Positions 21,094 through 31,048 of a stretch of DNA of 64,000 bases are shown piece after piece. The DNA lies in contig CAVVKN010000006.1 in assembly GCA_963748825.1 (NCBI GenBank), forward strand, positions 1 to 64,000, given 5' to 3'. How positions within the stretch are numbered: the stretch's first letter is position 1; every line of letters begins with the position of its first letter. Origin of the DNA: Methanotrichaceae archaeon (GTDB lineage Archaea > Halobacteriota > Methanosarcinia > Methanotrichales > Methanotrichaceae). Under the pieces are notes generated by a model. The model worked only from the letters and a program-made list of their open reading frames with translations. It was not told the DNA's origin and did not search any database. The position numbers and the translations under genes are program-made.

Positions 21094-23290
21094 GAGGCCT
21101 CCCGTTGATAGTTTTTAAAGCTCCAGGCAGATCGAGATAATTACGTGCAAATGCTTCACAGAGCAAATCGTCTGCCAGATAGCTATCATATTTTTCTACC
21201 GCCTTTACAGGAAAGCAACTTGCCAGTTCGACAGGATCTGGCTGCTTAAGAAGGAACTGGCCGTAGAACTCTTGTATCTCAATATCACTCATTTTCTCAA
21301 ATGTGAGCGCAATGCCTTCATCGCTCACATCTAAATCCTTATACAACCCTAATCCGAGAAGGGTTCGATTTACACGTGTTCCACACCATGTAAACCATAT
21401 CAGTTCCTCACCGTTCCGGAAGAATGGATTATGCAGGATATCTGACTCTTGCGCAAAATTTCTTGCCTCCTGCAACATCTCCTTGGCCACTTGATCCAGG
21501 TAAGCAGGCATTTTAATGTCTGAAAGAATCTCGCGCATCTTCTCATGAATGCGTGGATGAAGATCTGGCCCAGATGAACCGGCGAATGACGGCAAACGCC
21601 CACCACGTGATGGTTCCACTAGAATCTCTTCCTGGTCAAGGTTGATTTCGATGATTTTCCAGCGTCTGCCGGCCAGGATCAAGAAACCTTCCGCCCCCGT
21701 TGTCGGCAATGCGAAAACCGTTCCGATTAGATGACCGAGATGCAGTACGCGTAATTCTTTCTCGGTTTTGAATGCAGAGTAAAATTCGTAGCTTCTGACT
21801 ATTCGCTCACCCTTAAGGCCCAGGATAATTGTACCTTCTGGGGTTTGTTCTACCAGGTCACTGGCCCCCATGCTGCGAAGGATACGAAAGAATGTATGCT
21901 GGTCGATGTTTTTAAATGAACCTCGGTCGATGAGACGTTCATAGAGAGTCAATGCCGATGCACCACCAGCTTCGGCAATTACGCTCATGATTTGCTGCAC
22001 AAATGTGGATAGATGCCAGTGTTCAATGTCAGGAGGCTCACACCATTTTTCCAGCATTAGTTCCGTCATGGCAATAGCACGGAGCAGTTGCGGGTAGAGA
22101 CGGTCAATAGGTCGCGATTGTTCGGTTGCTGCATCTTCGACCACATAAAGCCAGAGTTCGGAAGCCTGGCCCTCTCCCCGACCACTGCGCCCCAATCGCT
22201 GCTTGAGCGAGGAAACAGACCAGGGAGCGCCGATTTGGCCCACCCGGCTGACATTGCCGACATCAATGCCTAGCTCCAATGTGCTGGAACAAAACGTTGC
22301 CGTGGGGCGTGATGAGCGCAAAGCCTCTTCGGTATCCTCACGCTCGGGCTTTGACAACGAGCCGTGGTGAATGCGAAATGGATTTGGTAGCCCTGCCCGT
22401 GACAGAAGACGTCCTGTGAGATCTGCATAGAGTTCCAGTTGTTGCTTATTGTTAGCAAATATCAGCGCAGTCTTGCCTGCGAAAGTATTGATAAGGTCAT
22501 TGGCTAAACGAAAATCGTCGGGTGTGGCGTTGAATTCTGCATTCTTTTCATCCGAGAAGGCCTCTCCATGCTCTTCTCCGGTTTTGAGACGTCGATAGCC
22601 CTTGATAAGGTATCTGATGGTTTTATTCTCATCACTGGTGATTAGTGCAACGTTATCGGGATTTATTCCATCTACCCAGCGTTTCGCTGAAGCCATGTCT
22701 CCAAGTGTGGCTGATAATCCGATAATGCGCACGTCATGATTCGCGCGTTGTGTCAATCGTGCTAAAAGGCTGCGTAATTGCGCGCCGCGCACCGTGCCAA
22801 GAAAAGCATGCATTTCGTCGATGACGATATAGGCGAGATGAGAAAAAAGTTTGTCCAGCTTATCTGGGTGATTAATAAAGAGTGACTCTATGGATTCCGG
22901 CGTTATCAGCAATACGCCTCCTGGCGACTTCAACACCTGATGCTTTTTGGATTGACCGACATCACCATGCCATTTATGCACCGGAATTTCAGCGTGTTCA
23001 CAAAGCTCTTCAAGACGACGAAATTGATCGTTGATGAGGGCCTTGAGAGGGCCGACGTACAAGGCTCTCACGCTACTTGCATGATCTTCAACTATTTCAG
23101 AGAGGATAGGAAGAAATGCAGCCTCAGTCTTTCCCCCAGCCGTATTCGCCGAAATGATGATATGCTTATTGCTTCCAAGTATCGCATGAATGGCTTCGAC
23201 CTGGATGGGACGAAGGTTCGTCCATTTCATGCTGTATAACTCTTCCTGGATGATTGGGTGTAATCGCTGGAAGGCGCTCGGTTCATTCAT
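21074..23290 (-). CDS. sngC: Shango-type SngC, Lhr-like DEAD/H helicase
   Basis: TAGGKT, PLKALINDQ, DEMH, LSAT, HHGSLS, STLELGIDVG, QRLGRSGR; third gene of a TerB-ATPase-helicase operon. Confidence 0.85.
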   Translation of the reverse strand: MNEPSAFQRLHPIIQEELYSMKWTNLRPIQVEAIHAILGSNKHIIISANTAGGKTEAAFLPILSEIVEDHASSVRALYVGPLKALINDQFRRLEELCEHAEIPVHKWHGDVGQSKKHQVLKSPGGVLLITPESIESLFINHPDKLDKLFSHLAYIVIDEMHAFLGTVRGAQLRSLLARLTQRANHDVRIIGLSATLGDMASAKRWVDGINPDNVALITSDENKTIRYLIKGYRRLKTGEEHGEAFSDEKNAEFNATPDDFRLANDLINTFAGKTALIFANNKQQLELYADLTGRLLSRAGLPNPFRIHHGSLSKPEREDTEEALRSSRPTATFCSSTLELGIDVGNVSRVGQIGAPWSVSSLKQRLGRSGRGEGQASELWLYVVEDAATEQSRPIDRLYPQLLRAIAMTELMLEKWCEPPDIEHWHLSTFVQQIMSVIAEAGGASALTLYERLIDRGSFKNIDQHTFFRILRSMGASDLVEQTPEGTIILGLKGERIVRSYEFYSAFKTEKELRVLHLGHLIGTVFALPTTGAEGFLILAGRRWKIIEINLDQEEILVEPSRGGRLPSFAGSSGPDLHPRIHEKMREILSDIKMPAYLDQVAKEMLQEARNFAQESDILHNPFFRNGEELIWFTWCGTRVNRTLLGLGLYKDLDVSDEGIALTFEKMSDIEIQEFYGQFLLKQPDPVELASCFPVKAVEKYDSYLADDLLCEAFARNYLDLPGALKTINGRPLISEAP

Positions 23291-23302
23291 TTAGATCGCT
23301 CG

Positions 23303-24631
23303 CTAAATCCGAAATGTTGCCAACTCGTCCTTTTCGCCATCTTGTGGCAATTGGGTGTCATCTTCTGTCACAGGAAGGCTTTCCGGATTTGTTGATGGCT
23401 GAAGATTTATGCCGCCAAGCAGCTTCTGCCAATCTGTACCTGGATTTTGTTCCAAGACAGAAAGAAAGCCGACAAATCCTTTCACAGCGTCACCGGGAGT
23501 CTGATAGAATTCTGCACCCAAAGTGCGAGCACAATGCTGAATATACGCATTGATCGTTTCATCAGGTACGAGATAATGCGATGTATCACCGGCAGCGTAT
23601 ACATGACGGATATTAAGCAGAAGGACGTAGAGGTCCTCAGGGCTTAAGTTCTGTAGCCGGATGACAGGACCAGAGTAGTCTATCAGACCGCCTACGGCAA
23701 ATGCATTATCAGCCAATCGCCTTCTTAAGGCTTCATAGCTCGCGATTCCTCGCCGCCGGTCGTCCATAAAGTCATTGATGCCCGCAAAGATGACGCCCAA
23801 TCCCATTACGCTGCCTTGCAGGCAGTCATTTACGATATGAAGAATCATCTCATAATTCGCGTTACGCGCTGGCGTGTTATTGAGCCGATGAGATAGCACT
23901 CCCATTTCATCCAGGTTGACCAGTAAGCCGGAATACCCGGCAAGGTGGACAAATGCTGCCATGAGCTTCAAATAATCATAGACATCCTGGTCTCCAATGA
24001 TAGACCGCACACCCAGGTCCTGGCGCGCCTCCATCTTAGTGGCATATTCCGCACGCATCCAGCGCAATGCTGCGGTCATCAGGGCATCGTCTCCTTTCTC
24101 AAAACCCTGCACATATTTGCTGATGACTGTTGCGAAATCGTAGCCGCTGACATAATCTTGCAGTGGTTTAAGACTCGTGTAAATCGCTTGATTTAAGTCA
24201 CCGTCTGTTTGCCGTACATTGAATTCGACATCAGATACCCACTTTTCCACTAAGCCTGGCAATGCACCGCCATCGCGTTTGGCACCAGCGGACATATTTT
24301 TCATCAGTTCAGAATATAATGACCGCGCTTGTCCTCCCGACGCATGCAAACGACGCTCTGGAGATATATCGGCCTGAACGACTACGAATTTTTTTTCTAA
24401 GGCCAGCATGCGGGCCAGATTAAGGAAAAAGCTTTTTCCAGAGCCGTAGCGACCAATTACGAAGCGAACAGCCGTGCCGCCTTGCGCAATCCTGTCGAGA
24501 TCGCTCAGGATCGCCGCTACCTCATCTTTGCGACCGACCTGAATATGCTGAAGCCCAATGCGTGGTACCACCCCGGCACGCAGAGACTGAAGAATTGCAT
24601 CACGTTCACGAGGTTTTATGGCGATCGCCAT
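23303..24631 (-). CDS. sngB: Shango-type SngB, DUF2791/BrxD-like P-loop ATPase
   Basis: LRAGVVPRIGL, GRYGSGKS, LLVNLDE. Confidence 0.85.
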   Translation of the reverse strand: MAIAIKPRERDAILQSLRAGVVPRIGLQHIQVGRKDEVAAILSDLDRIAQGGTAVRFVIGRYGSGKSFFLNLARMLALEKKFVVVQADISPERRLHASGGQARSLYSELMKNMSAGAKRDGGALPGLVEKWVSDVEFNVRQTDGDLNQAIYTSLKPLQDYVSGYDFATVISKYVQGFEKGDDALMTAALRWMRAEYATKMEARQDLGVRSIIGDQDVYDYLKLMAAFVHLAGYSGLLVNLDEMGVLSHRLNNTPARNANYEMILHIVNDCLQGSVMGLGVIFAGINDFMDDRRRGIASYEALRRRLADNAFAVGGLIDYSGPVIRLQNLSPEDLYVLLLNIRHVYAAGDTSHYLVPDETINAYIQHCARTLGAEFYQTPGDAVKGFVGFLSVLEQNPGTDWQKLLGGINLQPSTNPESLPVTEDDTQLPQDGEKDELATFRI

Positions 24632-24633
24632 GC

Positions 24634-27102
24634 TTATGCCCCCACCAAGGATTGATTGACTTTGTACATATTATCCTCTTCAACCAGGATCTCGTCACCA
24701 AGACTATCATAAGCCCAGGAGTTAATGGTATCTAACATGCCTGTACGCATTAATTGATGTCGTTTTGCCAGTTTGGTGAGGCCATCCGAGGACCAGACTT
24801 GATCTTTCATTATTTCAGCCAGCGGTGCATGGTAGCGTTTATCCAGTGCCGCAAGTTGTTCCGCTGAAAATGGCAAGTTTGAATCTATCGTCGAGGTGAC
24901 GGCCTCCGGCACAGCAGAAGGACTCACTCTATCAATGGCTTCGGACTCATTCATTTCGCTTTCAGTTTCGCATAGCGCCTGTCCGAGAATGCGTGAGACT
25001 TCTGCCGTCTCCGCCATAATACGCGTCAATGCTTCATTATTAATGGTAATATCTGCCGGCTTGTCAACAGGCATCTGCTCGCGCTGAGGTATCGCTTCGC
25101 CAACACGTTCTTCACGTCGAACCGTTTGAACTTCGACAGGCTGACTGCCTGATTGGCGCAACTCAGCTAATAATGCATCTAGAGGAGCCTCGATTTCAAG
25201 TGCCTTATAAATGCTCTTCAGCGATGAGATTTCCTTACGATCGATGATGCCATTAGCAGCTGCCACTCCAATCAGGTATTTGCCGATCATGGCACGCTGA
25301 TCCAAAGTTAATGCTTCTCGCAACGACTTGCTAAGCGAAGAGATGGATGGCGGCTTCTTGCTCAACAATATTCCATAGGCTTTCAAATGTCGTGATTCAT
25401 CAGATGAAAGACGGAATTGATTATCCAGAAATTTTTCGATACGGGTGGTTTCTTCTGGATCAATTGTCCCATCTGCCCCTGCAACAACCATGCCCAATTC
25501 CAACATACATGATGCAGCACGATAGCCGCTCTCCTGCTGCAAGGCGGCACCGCCCTCTGGTTGAAAGAGGACTATCTCATCCGCCCAGGCGTAAGCTCGT
25601 CCTGTAATCCGTGCATCTGGGACGATGGCAAGCCCGATATCTTCCGCTGTTCGTGCCAATGACCGACTTTGAGTGGCCGTCAGTTTTTCTCGCGGCTGAA
25701 ATCCCTGAATTTCCGCAAGCTTTGATATTGAAGCAAATGAGAATCCATCCTCACGTGCATGAGTTGTTGCTATAGTTTTCCAACGTGAAGCATCTGGGTG
25801 GTCTACGTCTTTACGCAATGCAGGGGGTAGCGCTTCCCACGCTTCGCGTGTTGTGGTATCCAAGCCTTTGCCTACAGCACGACTGAAATCCCTGAGTTCT
25901 TCTACGCAAGCATTCCAGATCTGGGAGAGATGCACGAATTGACTCTGGAAACCCAATACATCGGGAATTCTGACCGCAGCAAAGGCAGCGGACGAGTGAC
26001 CTAACTCCATTAAACTTGGACTTGCAGGATGATACTCAATTAATCGCTCGCGTTCTGCTACCTTAAGCATCACGCCTTCAGCAAATCGCTCACGGTACTT
26101 TTGCATGAAAAGTGACCTGAATTGCTCTGGCGCACGGTCAATAACGACGCTGCGCATGGTCCTGACATCTTGCCTGGCCACCTCGAAAGCCCAGCGAGCG
26201 GGGAGAGGAAGATTGTGCTGATAGAACCAGCCGAGAATAACAGCAAGAAGATCTCCGGAATAGCTCTTGAGCGGTGCCTGATCGAAACAAAGCGCAAAGC
26301 CGTCATTCGTTAGGGATCTTAGCCCCATCCGGGCTGCGGAAAAAGCAATGAAGCGACTCAAATATCCATTGAATGAGCCTGATTCGGGATAGCTGCAAAG
26401 CAAACGAACGACTTCGGGAATGATCAGATCGACATCTTTGCCGTCGATGAAAACCCGCCGCTCAAGTCCGTAGAAATACACGAAGGCATAACCGATATCA
26501 TCTAACTGCCCCTGCTTTCCACTCGCCAGCCAAGTGAGATAGTTTCCTCTTTGGCCTGGTGTCATGTTCTCATATCGCGGCCAGTAACCGAGAGCACCTA
26601 TCGGTTCAGATATCGGCTTTCCGACCGGCAAATTTTTCTCAATGCAGGAGGCTTCGGCAATGCGTGTCTTCCCAGCCGCCCAATAAGTCAGCGGATGCTC
26701 GATGCGGTAGCTGGCGACTTCAAGCATATCCTCGTACGATGCCCATTGCACTTCATTTGTGCCAGGCATTGTCGAGCGACTGATCGAGCGGTTGAAATTG
26801 TATTCAACGATGACCACAGGACCAGGAATAGATGCAGTAACCGTTGGCATCGATGATGATAGCTGTGCGGCATTCGGTGTATTTCCAGCAAGCTGATCTA
26901 AAGGAGGAGTAATTTCAGGCAACTTTTTAATTGATGATTTTCTTGATCGCCAGATAATGCCACCGATAACTGCAATCACAAGAGCAGCGGGCCAATAGGC
27001 TGACAAAAGTCCCACCCACATCAGTATAGCAATACAGGCGATTAGGTATCGAATCGCTTTTCTCACGATGCTTGATGGCTTAACATCCTTTCCATTTGTC
27101 AT
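24634..27102 (-). CDS. sngA: Shango-type SngA, membrane-anchored TerB_N-TerB-TerB_C protein
   Basis: N-terminal TM pair, GYWPRY...DIGYAFVYFYGLERR, ADGTIDPEE and ANGIIDRKE, LDTINSWAYDSLGD. Confidence 0.85.
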   Translation of the reverse strand: MTNGKDVKPSSIVRKAIRYLIACIAILMWVGLLSAYWPAALVIAVIGGIIWRSRKSSIKKLPEITPPLDQLAGNTPNAAQLSSSMPTVTASIPGPVVIVEYNFNRSISRSTMPGTNEVQWASYEDMLEVASYRIEHPLTYWAAGKTRIAEASCIEKNLPVGKPISEPIGALGYWPRYENMTPGQRGNYLTWLASGKQGQLDDIGYAFVYFYGLERRVFIDGKDVDLIIPEVVRLLCSYPESGSFNGYLSRFIAFSAARMGLRSLTNDGFALCFDQAPLKSYSGDLLAVILGWFYQHNLPLPARWAFEVARQDVRTMRSVVIDRAPEQFRSLFMQKYRERFAEGVMLKVAERERLIEYHPASPSLMELGHSSAAFAAVRIPDVLGFQSQFVHLSQIWNACVEELRDFSRAVGKGLDTTTREAWEALPPALRKDVDHPDASRWKTIATTHAREDGFSFASISKLAEIQGFQPREKLTATQSRSLARTAEDIGLAIVPDARITGRAYAWADEIVLFQPEGGAALQQESGYRAASCMLELGMVVAGADGTIDPEETTRIEKFLDNQFRLSSDESRHLKAYGILLSKKPPSISSLSKSLREALTLDQRAMIGKYLIGVAAANGIIDRKEISSLKSIYKALEIEAPLDALLAELRQSGSQPVEVQTVRREERVGEAIPQREQMPVDKPADITINNEALTRIMAETAEVSRILGQALCETESEMNESEAIDRVSPSAVPEAVTSTIDSNLPFSAEQLAALDKRYHAPLAEIMKDQVWSSDGLTKLAKRHQLMRTGMLDTINSWAYDSLGDEILVEEDNMYKVNQSLVGA

Positions 27103-27313
27103 TAAAAGTCCTTCTGCACGACTGTGATCAGTAACTGAAGGAGAAAAGGATTTTGCTGCTAATTGCCTTCTTATGTTAAGGTTGACTTGACTGTTTGCGA
27201 TCTATTCGATCCCTATGAGATTTCGGTTTCAAGGGAATACTAAAGATGTTCTATCCCTTGTCAAGCGCCGAAGATAAGAATCGCTTAAAAATGATGGTCT
27301 GGAAAAGAAAATC

Positions 27314-27328
27314 ACGCTGAGGGTGAGA
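27314..27328 (+). repeat. att-like direct repeat of the tRNA-Ser 3' end
   Basis: acgctgagggtgaga is identical to 57977-57991. Confidence 0.8.
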
Positions 27329-27842
27329 CTTCAGCCTATTTTTACCCGTAAATAGGCTTAATTCCTTGAAGAAAAGATGATATTGCTTCTTAACACCGAC
27401 TACAATCCCAAATTTAGTTCCCTGTGCGGTGGAGCACCACATATGCTATATTAGTCTCATAACTGAGTAACCGAAATTTCGGCATATCGCCTTGGATTTC
27501 TCCTTCTATGTACAATCACTATTTTTCAGTTACTGAGTTACAAGCAAGAAATTAGCCAAAATAGAGGTTCTTAGGCTAAAATAACCACTATTTCAAGTAA
27601 TCAGAAAGTAACCAGAAGTAACTGGCAGGTGGCCCACGACATAGATTGGTAGCTAAAACGCTTAACCACGTCCTATTGGACTCATAAGGACTCTTAAACA
27701 GGATATCAATAGATAGATATAAAATTATATAATAAATTAAACTTATTTTAAGACCAGCTTAATTGATTTAACGGCATAGAACTACTTCCTGCTCACGACA
27801 CGACCGAAAAATTCATGGATGCAGACGATCTAATAAATATAT

Positions 27843-28250
27843 ATGAAGACGATTTGGTCTATTTGGCTGGTGCTTCTGGCTCTTTCAGCCACAGGAATCT
27901 GTGCAGCGGAAATACCAGACCTTGTGGGGAATTGGGCCGGTAAAGGGCCAGGGTATAATGATGAAACAGGCTACGTAGTGGATGAGGATAACGTGCTTAA
28001 CTTCTCCATCACGGAGCAGAATGGTCGTCTCTTCAACGGAGAGTTGACCTACTATTTGAACGGGACCGAAGTAGTAGAGGGCTTTGCAGGAACTATCAGT
28101 CCTGATAACAAGACGTTCTACATCGCAGAATTCATCTCTGGCTACGACGTGGGAACAGTGGTCTCCGAAGACGAGATAGACCTGATGTACCTGCTGGAAG
28201 GCAAGGCTGGCGCGGTATTCATAGAAACGCTTCGTCGCGTTGCGGCGTAA
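27843..28250 (+). CDS. Secreted hypothetical protein, beta-rich
   Basis: Signal peptide followed by PDLVGNWAG. Confidence 0.7.
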   Translation: MKTIWSIWLVLLALSATGICAAEIPDLVGNWAGKGPGYNDETGYVVDEDNVLNFSITEQNGRLFNGELTYYLNGTEVVEGFAGTISPDNKTFYIAEFISGYDVGTVVSEDEIDLMYLLEGKAGAVFIETLRRVAA

Positions 28251-28394
28251 ACATCAACTCCAGGGAATAGGAGAAACGGTCCACAGTCACCAATCATTCT
28301 GTCAATGTCAGCCATATCATTTCTTGAATGATAGCCCAAGAGTGACCTCATGGAGTTAGGCCCGTTGGCTGGCCGGGTCGATGATCTCCATTCT

Positions 28395-28667
28395 TTAGGG
28401 CGGCGTGCACTCTTCTGACTGTGTCGCTAATTCTGTTTTCCAGTACGCATTATACCAAAACTTGTGGCCCTCTTCTCTCTGCCTTCGTTCCAAACCCACC
28501 CATCCCCATCTCGCTAAAGCCCTCAAAGAGCTGGACAGTCGCCTCTCTGCGCGAATCCAATCAACATAGCGGCTGATGTCTAGGCCCATTTCATTGGCGA
28601 TCTCCTTCAAAGACTTGGCATCATCTTTGCTATCGGGAAGTACTGCTAAGATGGTATCGTGATTCAT
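28395..28667 (-). CDS. Small winged-helix-like protein
   Basis: SLKEIANEMGL...LSSSLRALARWGWV followed by a wing-like beta hairpin. Confidence 0.6.
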   Translation of the reverse strand: MNHDTILAVLPDSKDDAKSLKEIANEMGLDISRYVDWIRAERRLSSSLRALARWGWVGLERRQREEGHKFWYNAYWKTELATQSEECTPP

Positions 28668-28841
28668 TATCCTGCCCTTATATAAACAATTCATTAAAGA
28701 TATTTAAATCTTTTTGGATTGAATGAATTATTTCTACAAAATGTCACAGAACTAACTTATGAGGCGTGCAGCATCCCACTCCATCACATTCGCTCCACGC
28801 ACGGCTTGCTCTCATATCCGTAGAGTCACTTATTCTTCATC

Positions 28842-29354
28842 ATGGAAATTGAACTCCACCCGGCTGTCTCCTTGCTCCTCGAAACATTCAACGTCCTAGT
28901 TGCCCCGGTTGAGATGCTAGTTGATGCCCTGAACAGTCATCTGGAATTGCAGCATTACAAGAGCCTCTTCATCTGTGGCAACCATTCCCGAATCCTGAGT
29001 CGCCTGGATCGCAAATTCACTGAGCTGGAAATCCGCCGCGCCTTCACTTCCTTCCAGTTAATGACTATCTTGGAGGAAAACCACCACAGCTTCTTGATCA
29101 TCGAGCATGATCCCATGCTGTACGAGGATGCTGCGGAAATGGTCGAATATGTGGCACAGGCACTGAGGCAAACATCAAGGGAGACGACCATCCTGCTTTA
29201 CTCGCCCGCTCTGGACCCTCATCTGGAAAAGATGACTGAACTGGCTGACCGGGTATTCTGCTTCTACGAAATGCCGAAAGTCCCAGCGAAAGGCCGAGCT
29301 AAAGTCGAACAGAAGATGCCAAAAGCCCAGGTAACTCTGGAGGTGTTCTCATGA
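28842..29354 (+). CDS. Inactivated RadA-like protein (PolB2-cassette iRadA type) with a PIP-box-like tail
   Basis: IRRAFTSFQL motif, no Walker A, C-terminal QVTLEVF. Confidence 0.6.
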   Translation: MEIELHPAVSLLLETFNVLVAPVEMLVDALNSHLELQHYKSLFICGNHSRILSRLDRKFTELEIRRAFTSFQLMTILEENHHSFLIIEHDPMLYEDAAEMVEYVAQALRQTSRETTILLYSPALDPHLEKMTELADRVFCFYEMPKVPAKGRAKVEQKMPKAQVTLEVFS

Positions 29355-29581
29355 GATTTTGGAAACGAAAAGCAAGCCCCGTCCAGCCCAGGCGGGTCAG
29401 CACAAAGCAAATGGAACTGGAAACGGCTAAAGAGATCCTGCAAGAGGTCTTCCATGCCAGGCTAGAGGATGTGGAAGATATGATCCATAGTAGGCTGGTG
29501 GAGCGGAGTCGCCTCCAGGAGTACGAGGAAGGTCTGTGGCCCGTTTCCTTCTGTCTAGGAGAGTGTTGCAATGGGACGTAG
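29351..29581 (+). CDS. 76-aa helical hypothetical protein
   Basis: ATGA overlap with the upstream gene, overlaps the downstream gene, paralogue at 1150-1437. Confidence 0.7.
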   Translation: MRFWKRKASPVQPRRVSTKQMELETAKEILQEVFHARLEDVEDMIHSRLVERSRLQEYEEGLWPVSFCLGECCNGT

Positions 29582-29837
29582 CTTCGAGAGCGTTAGAATG
29601 GGTGTCAAGGATGTCTCGGCCAGGTGGCTCAAGGCCAGCCGGGCTTTGAAGAAAGAAGATCAGATCTATGCGCAGAAACTGGCAGAGATGGCTAAGAAGC
29701 ACTCCAGCGAGGCGTTTTATGCCCTGGACGATCCGCTGGAGGCAGCGGTGTTTTCAGTGTTGTTGGAACTGGTGAAGGAGATGGACAAAGCAGACCACGA
29801 GAATGAGATCGATCTTAATTCATCTCCACGATCCTGA
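29571..29837 (+). CDS. Small helical PolB2-associated protein (arCOG07300-like)
   Basis: MGRS..S.R...RW....RALKKEDQ...L...A..H...PLEAAVFSVLLE pattern. Confidence 0.65.
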   Translation: MGRSFESVRMGVKDVSARWLKASRALKKEDQIYAQKLAEMAKKHSSEAFYALDDPLEAAVFSVLLELVKEMDKADHENEIDLNSSPRS

Positions 29838-29854
29838 CCTCTTTAAGGTGCGGC

Positions 29855-30709
29855 TCAAATTTTCAATTTATTTCCATATAATTCTGACCGAGCAAAATCA
29901 ATAAAATCTTGCTTATTGCTTCCAATTTTTCCTTTTGATCCAATCTCCATATCATCATAGAAGTTCCCGCTCCCGATCAGCCAAAATACCTTGTCCGCTG
30001 CGTATGGAGTGACATTAGCATTGTTTGCCACGCGGATGATTGCCTTGAACAACTGGTAGTCATCAACTCTTGCCGGACATAGTTCAAGTGCAGTAAAGAT
30101 GTCACGCAAGTGAACGTCGGGTTTGGGGAAATTCACATATCCAAGTTCCTTGAGAAAATCACAAGAAAGGGCAAATCCGAATCCCTCTATCTCGTGATCA
30201 AGAAGCATGGGAAGACTTGCTCTTGATCTGTCATCCTTATCAAAAAAGTCAACCCAATTGAAGAAATCATTCTCAGATTCAAATTGTTCAATAAATTCCG
30301 CTGCGGATAGAATTGTTTGGCAGAAGTGTGGCCAAATGCTTCGTTGTGCTGTGCGAATCTTGCCCCGTGGGTCGAGTTCTTTAACTATCTGATCGAGAAC
30401 AGCTTGCCAGTTGTCTCCATAGGTGGCCAATACCCTCGTTGGGTTGAACTCATACAAGACTGGTGCAAGTTTATCAACACCATCGATTGCTTCTCCAATG
30501 ACTTTATTCTTCATACCAGTGTTTTGGGCATGCTCAAGTATGCGTTGATAAAGTTCATTCTTTGACGAAAGTTTAGTTCTGCTGGAGGATAGTTTCTGGT
30601 ATTTCTCGATGAGCATTTGCGTTACACCCGGTATCTTCAGGCCGGGTAGATAGCTTTCGGCCAATTCGTAAGCTTTCCGATCAATCTCAGGGGTTGCTTT
30701 CATTCTCAT
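29855..30709 (-). CDS. HhH-fold DNA glycosylase-like protein
   Basis: IEGFGFALSCDFLKELGY...KPDVH and ADKVFWL resemble the Ogg/Nth hairpin plus catalytic Asp region. Confidence 0.55.
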   Translation of the reverse strand: MRMKATPEIDRKAYELAESYLPGLKIPGVTQMLIEKYQKLSSSRTKLSSKNELYQRILEHAQNTGMKNKVIGEAIDGVDKLAPVLYEFNPTRVLATYGDNWQAVLDQIVKELDPRGKIRTAQRSIWPHFCQTILSAAEFIEQFESENDFFNWVDFFDKDDRSRASLPMLLDHEIEGFGFALSCDFLKELGYVNFPKPDVHLRDIFTALELCPARVDDYQLFKAIIRVANNANVTPYAADKVFWLIGSGNFYDDMEIGSKGKIGSNKQDFIDFARSELYGNKLKI

Positions 30710-30800
30710 ACCTTGCCTTTCGCCAAACTATATTTCTCGGAGAGCCTCAACCACCATTAAAAAGAAAAAGCTTTGGTATAGTTCCACTTGCAGTGACATT

Positions 30801-30968
30801 ATGACCGAGCAAAATCGCAAGTACGTCCAGAAAGAGATAGGCAAGCTCCTTTCCGAGATCTGGCGAATCAAAGGGCTGTCAGAGCAGGAGTACGGCCAGC
30901 AGCATCCAATCACAAAGAAGCTTGTCATCATGCATGCAGAAGTACAGGCGTTGCTGGGAGAGAAATAA
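30801..30968 (+). CDS. 55-aa helical hypothetical protein, below the ORF-track cut-off
   Basis: MTEQNRKYVQKEIGKLLSEIWRIKGLSEQEYGQQHPITKKLVIMHAEVQALLGEK; fills the gap between two minus-strand genes. Confidence 0.6.
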   Translation: MTEQNRKYVQKEIGKLLSEIWRIKGLSEQEYGQQHPITKKLVIMHAEVQALLGEK

Positions 30969-31048
30969 GCTGATTGGAACCTGAGAATAGTATAATCGAG
31001 TCTAGGCGGGTCAACACTGATCCACAGTGTCCTTCTCAAAGGAGCCAA

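Noticed and set aside
23303-24631. BREX system suggested by the BrxD-like ATPase
   Set aside because: No pglZ, pglX or brxC; the TerB and helicase context indicates Shango
1727-26891. Numerous short antisense or overlapping ORFs in the ORF track
   Set aside because: Shadow frames of well-supported genes in GC-rich sequence
24634-27102. Tellurite resistance operon
   Set aside because: A TerB-like domain only; no terZ/A/C/D/E genes
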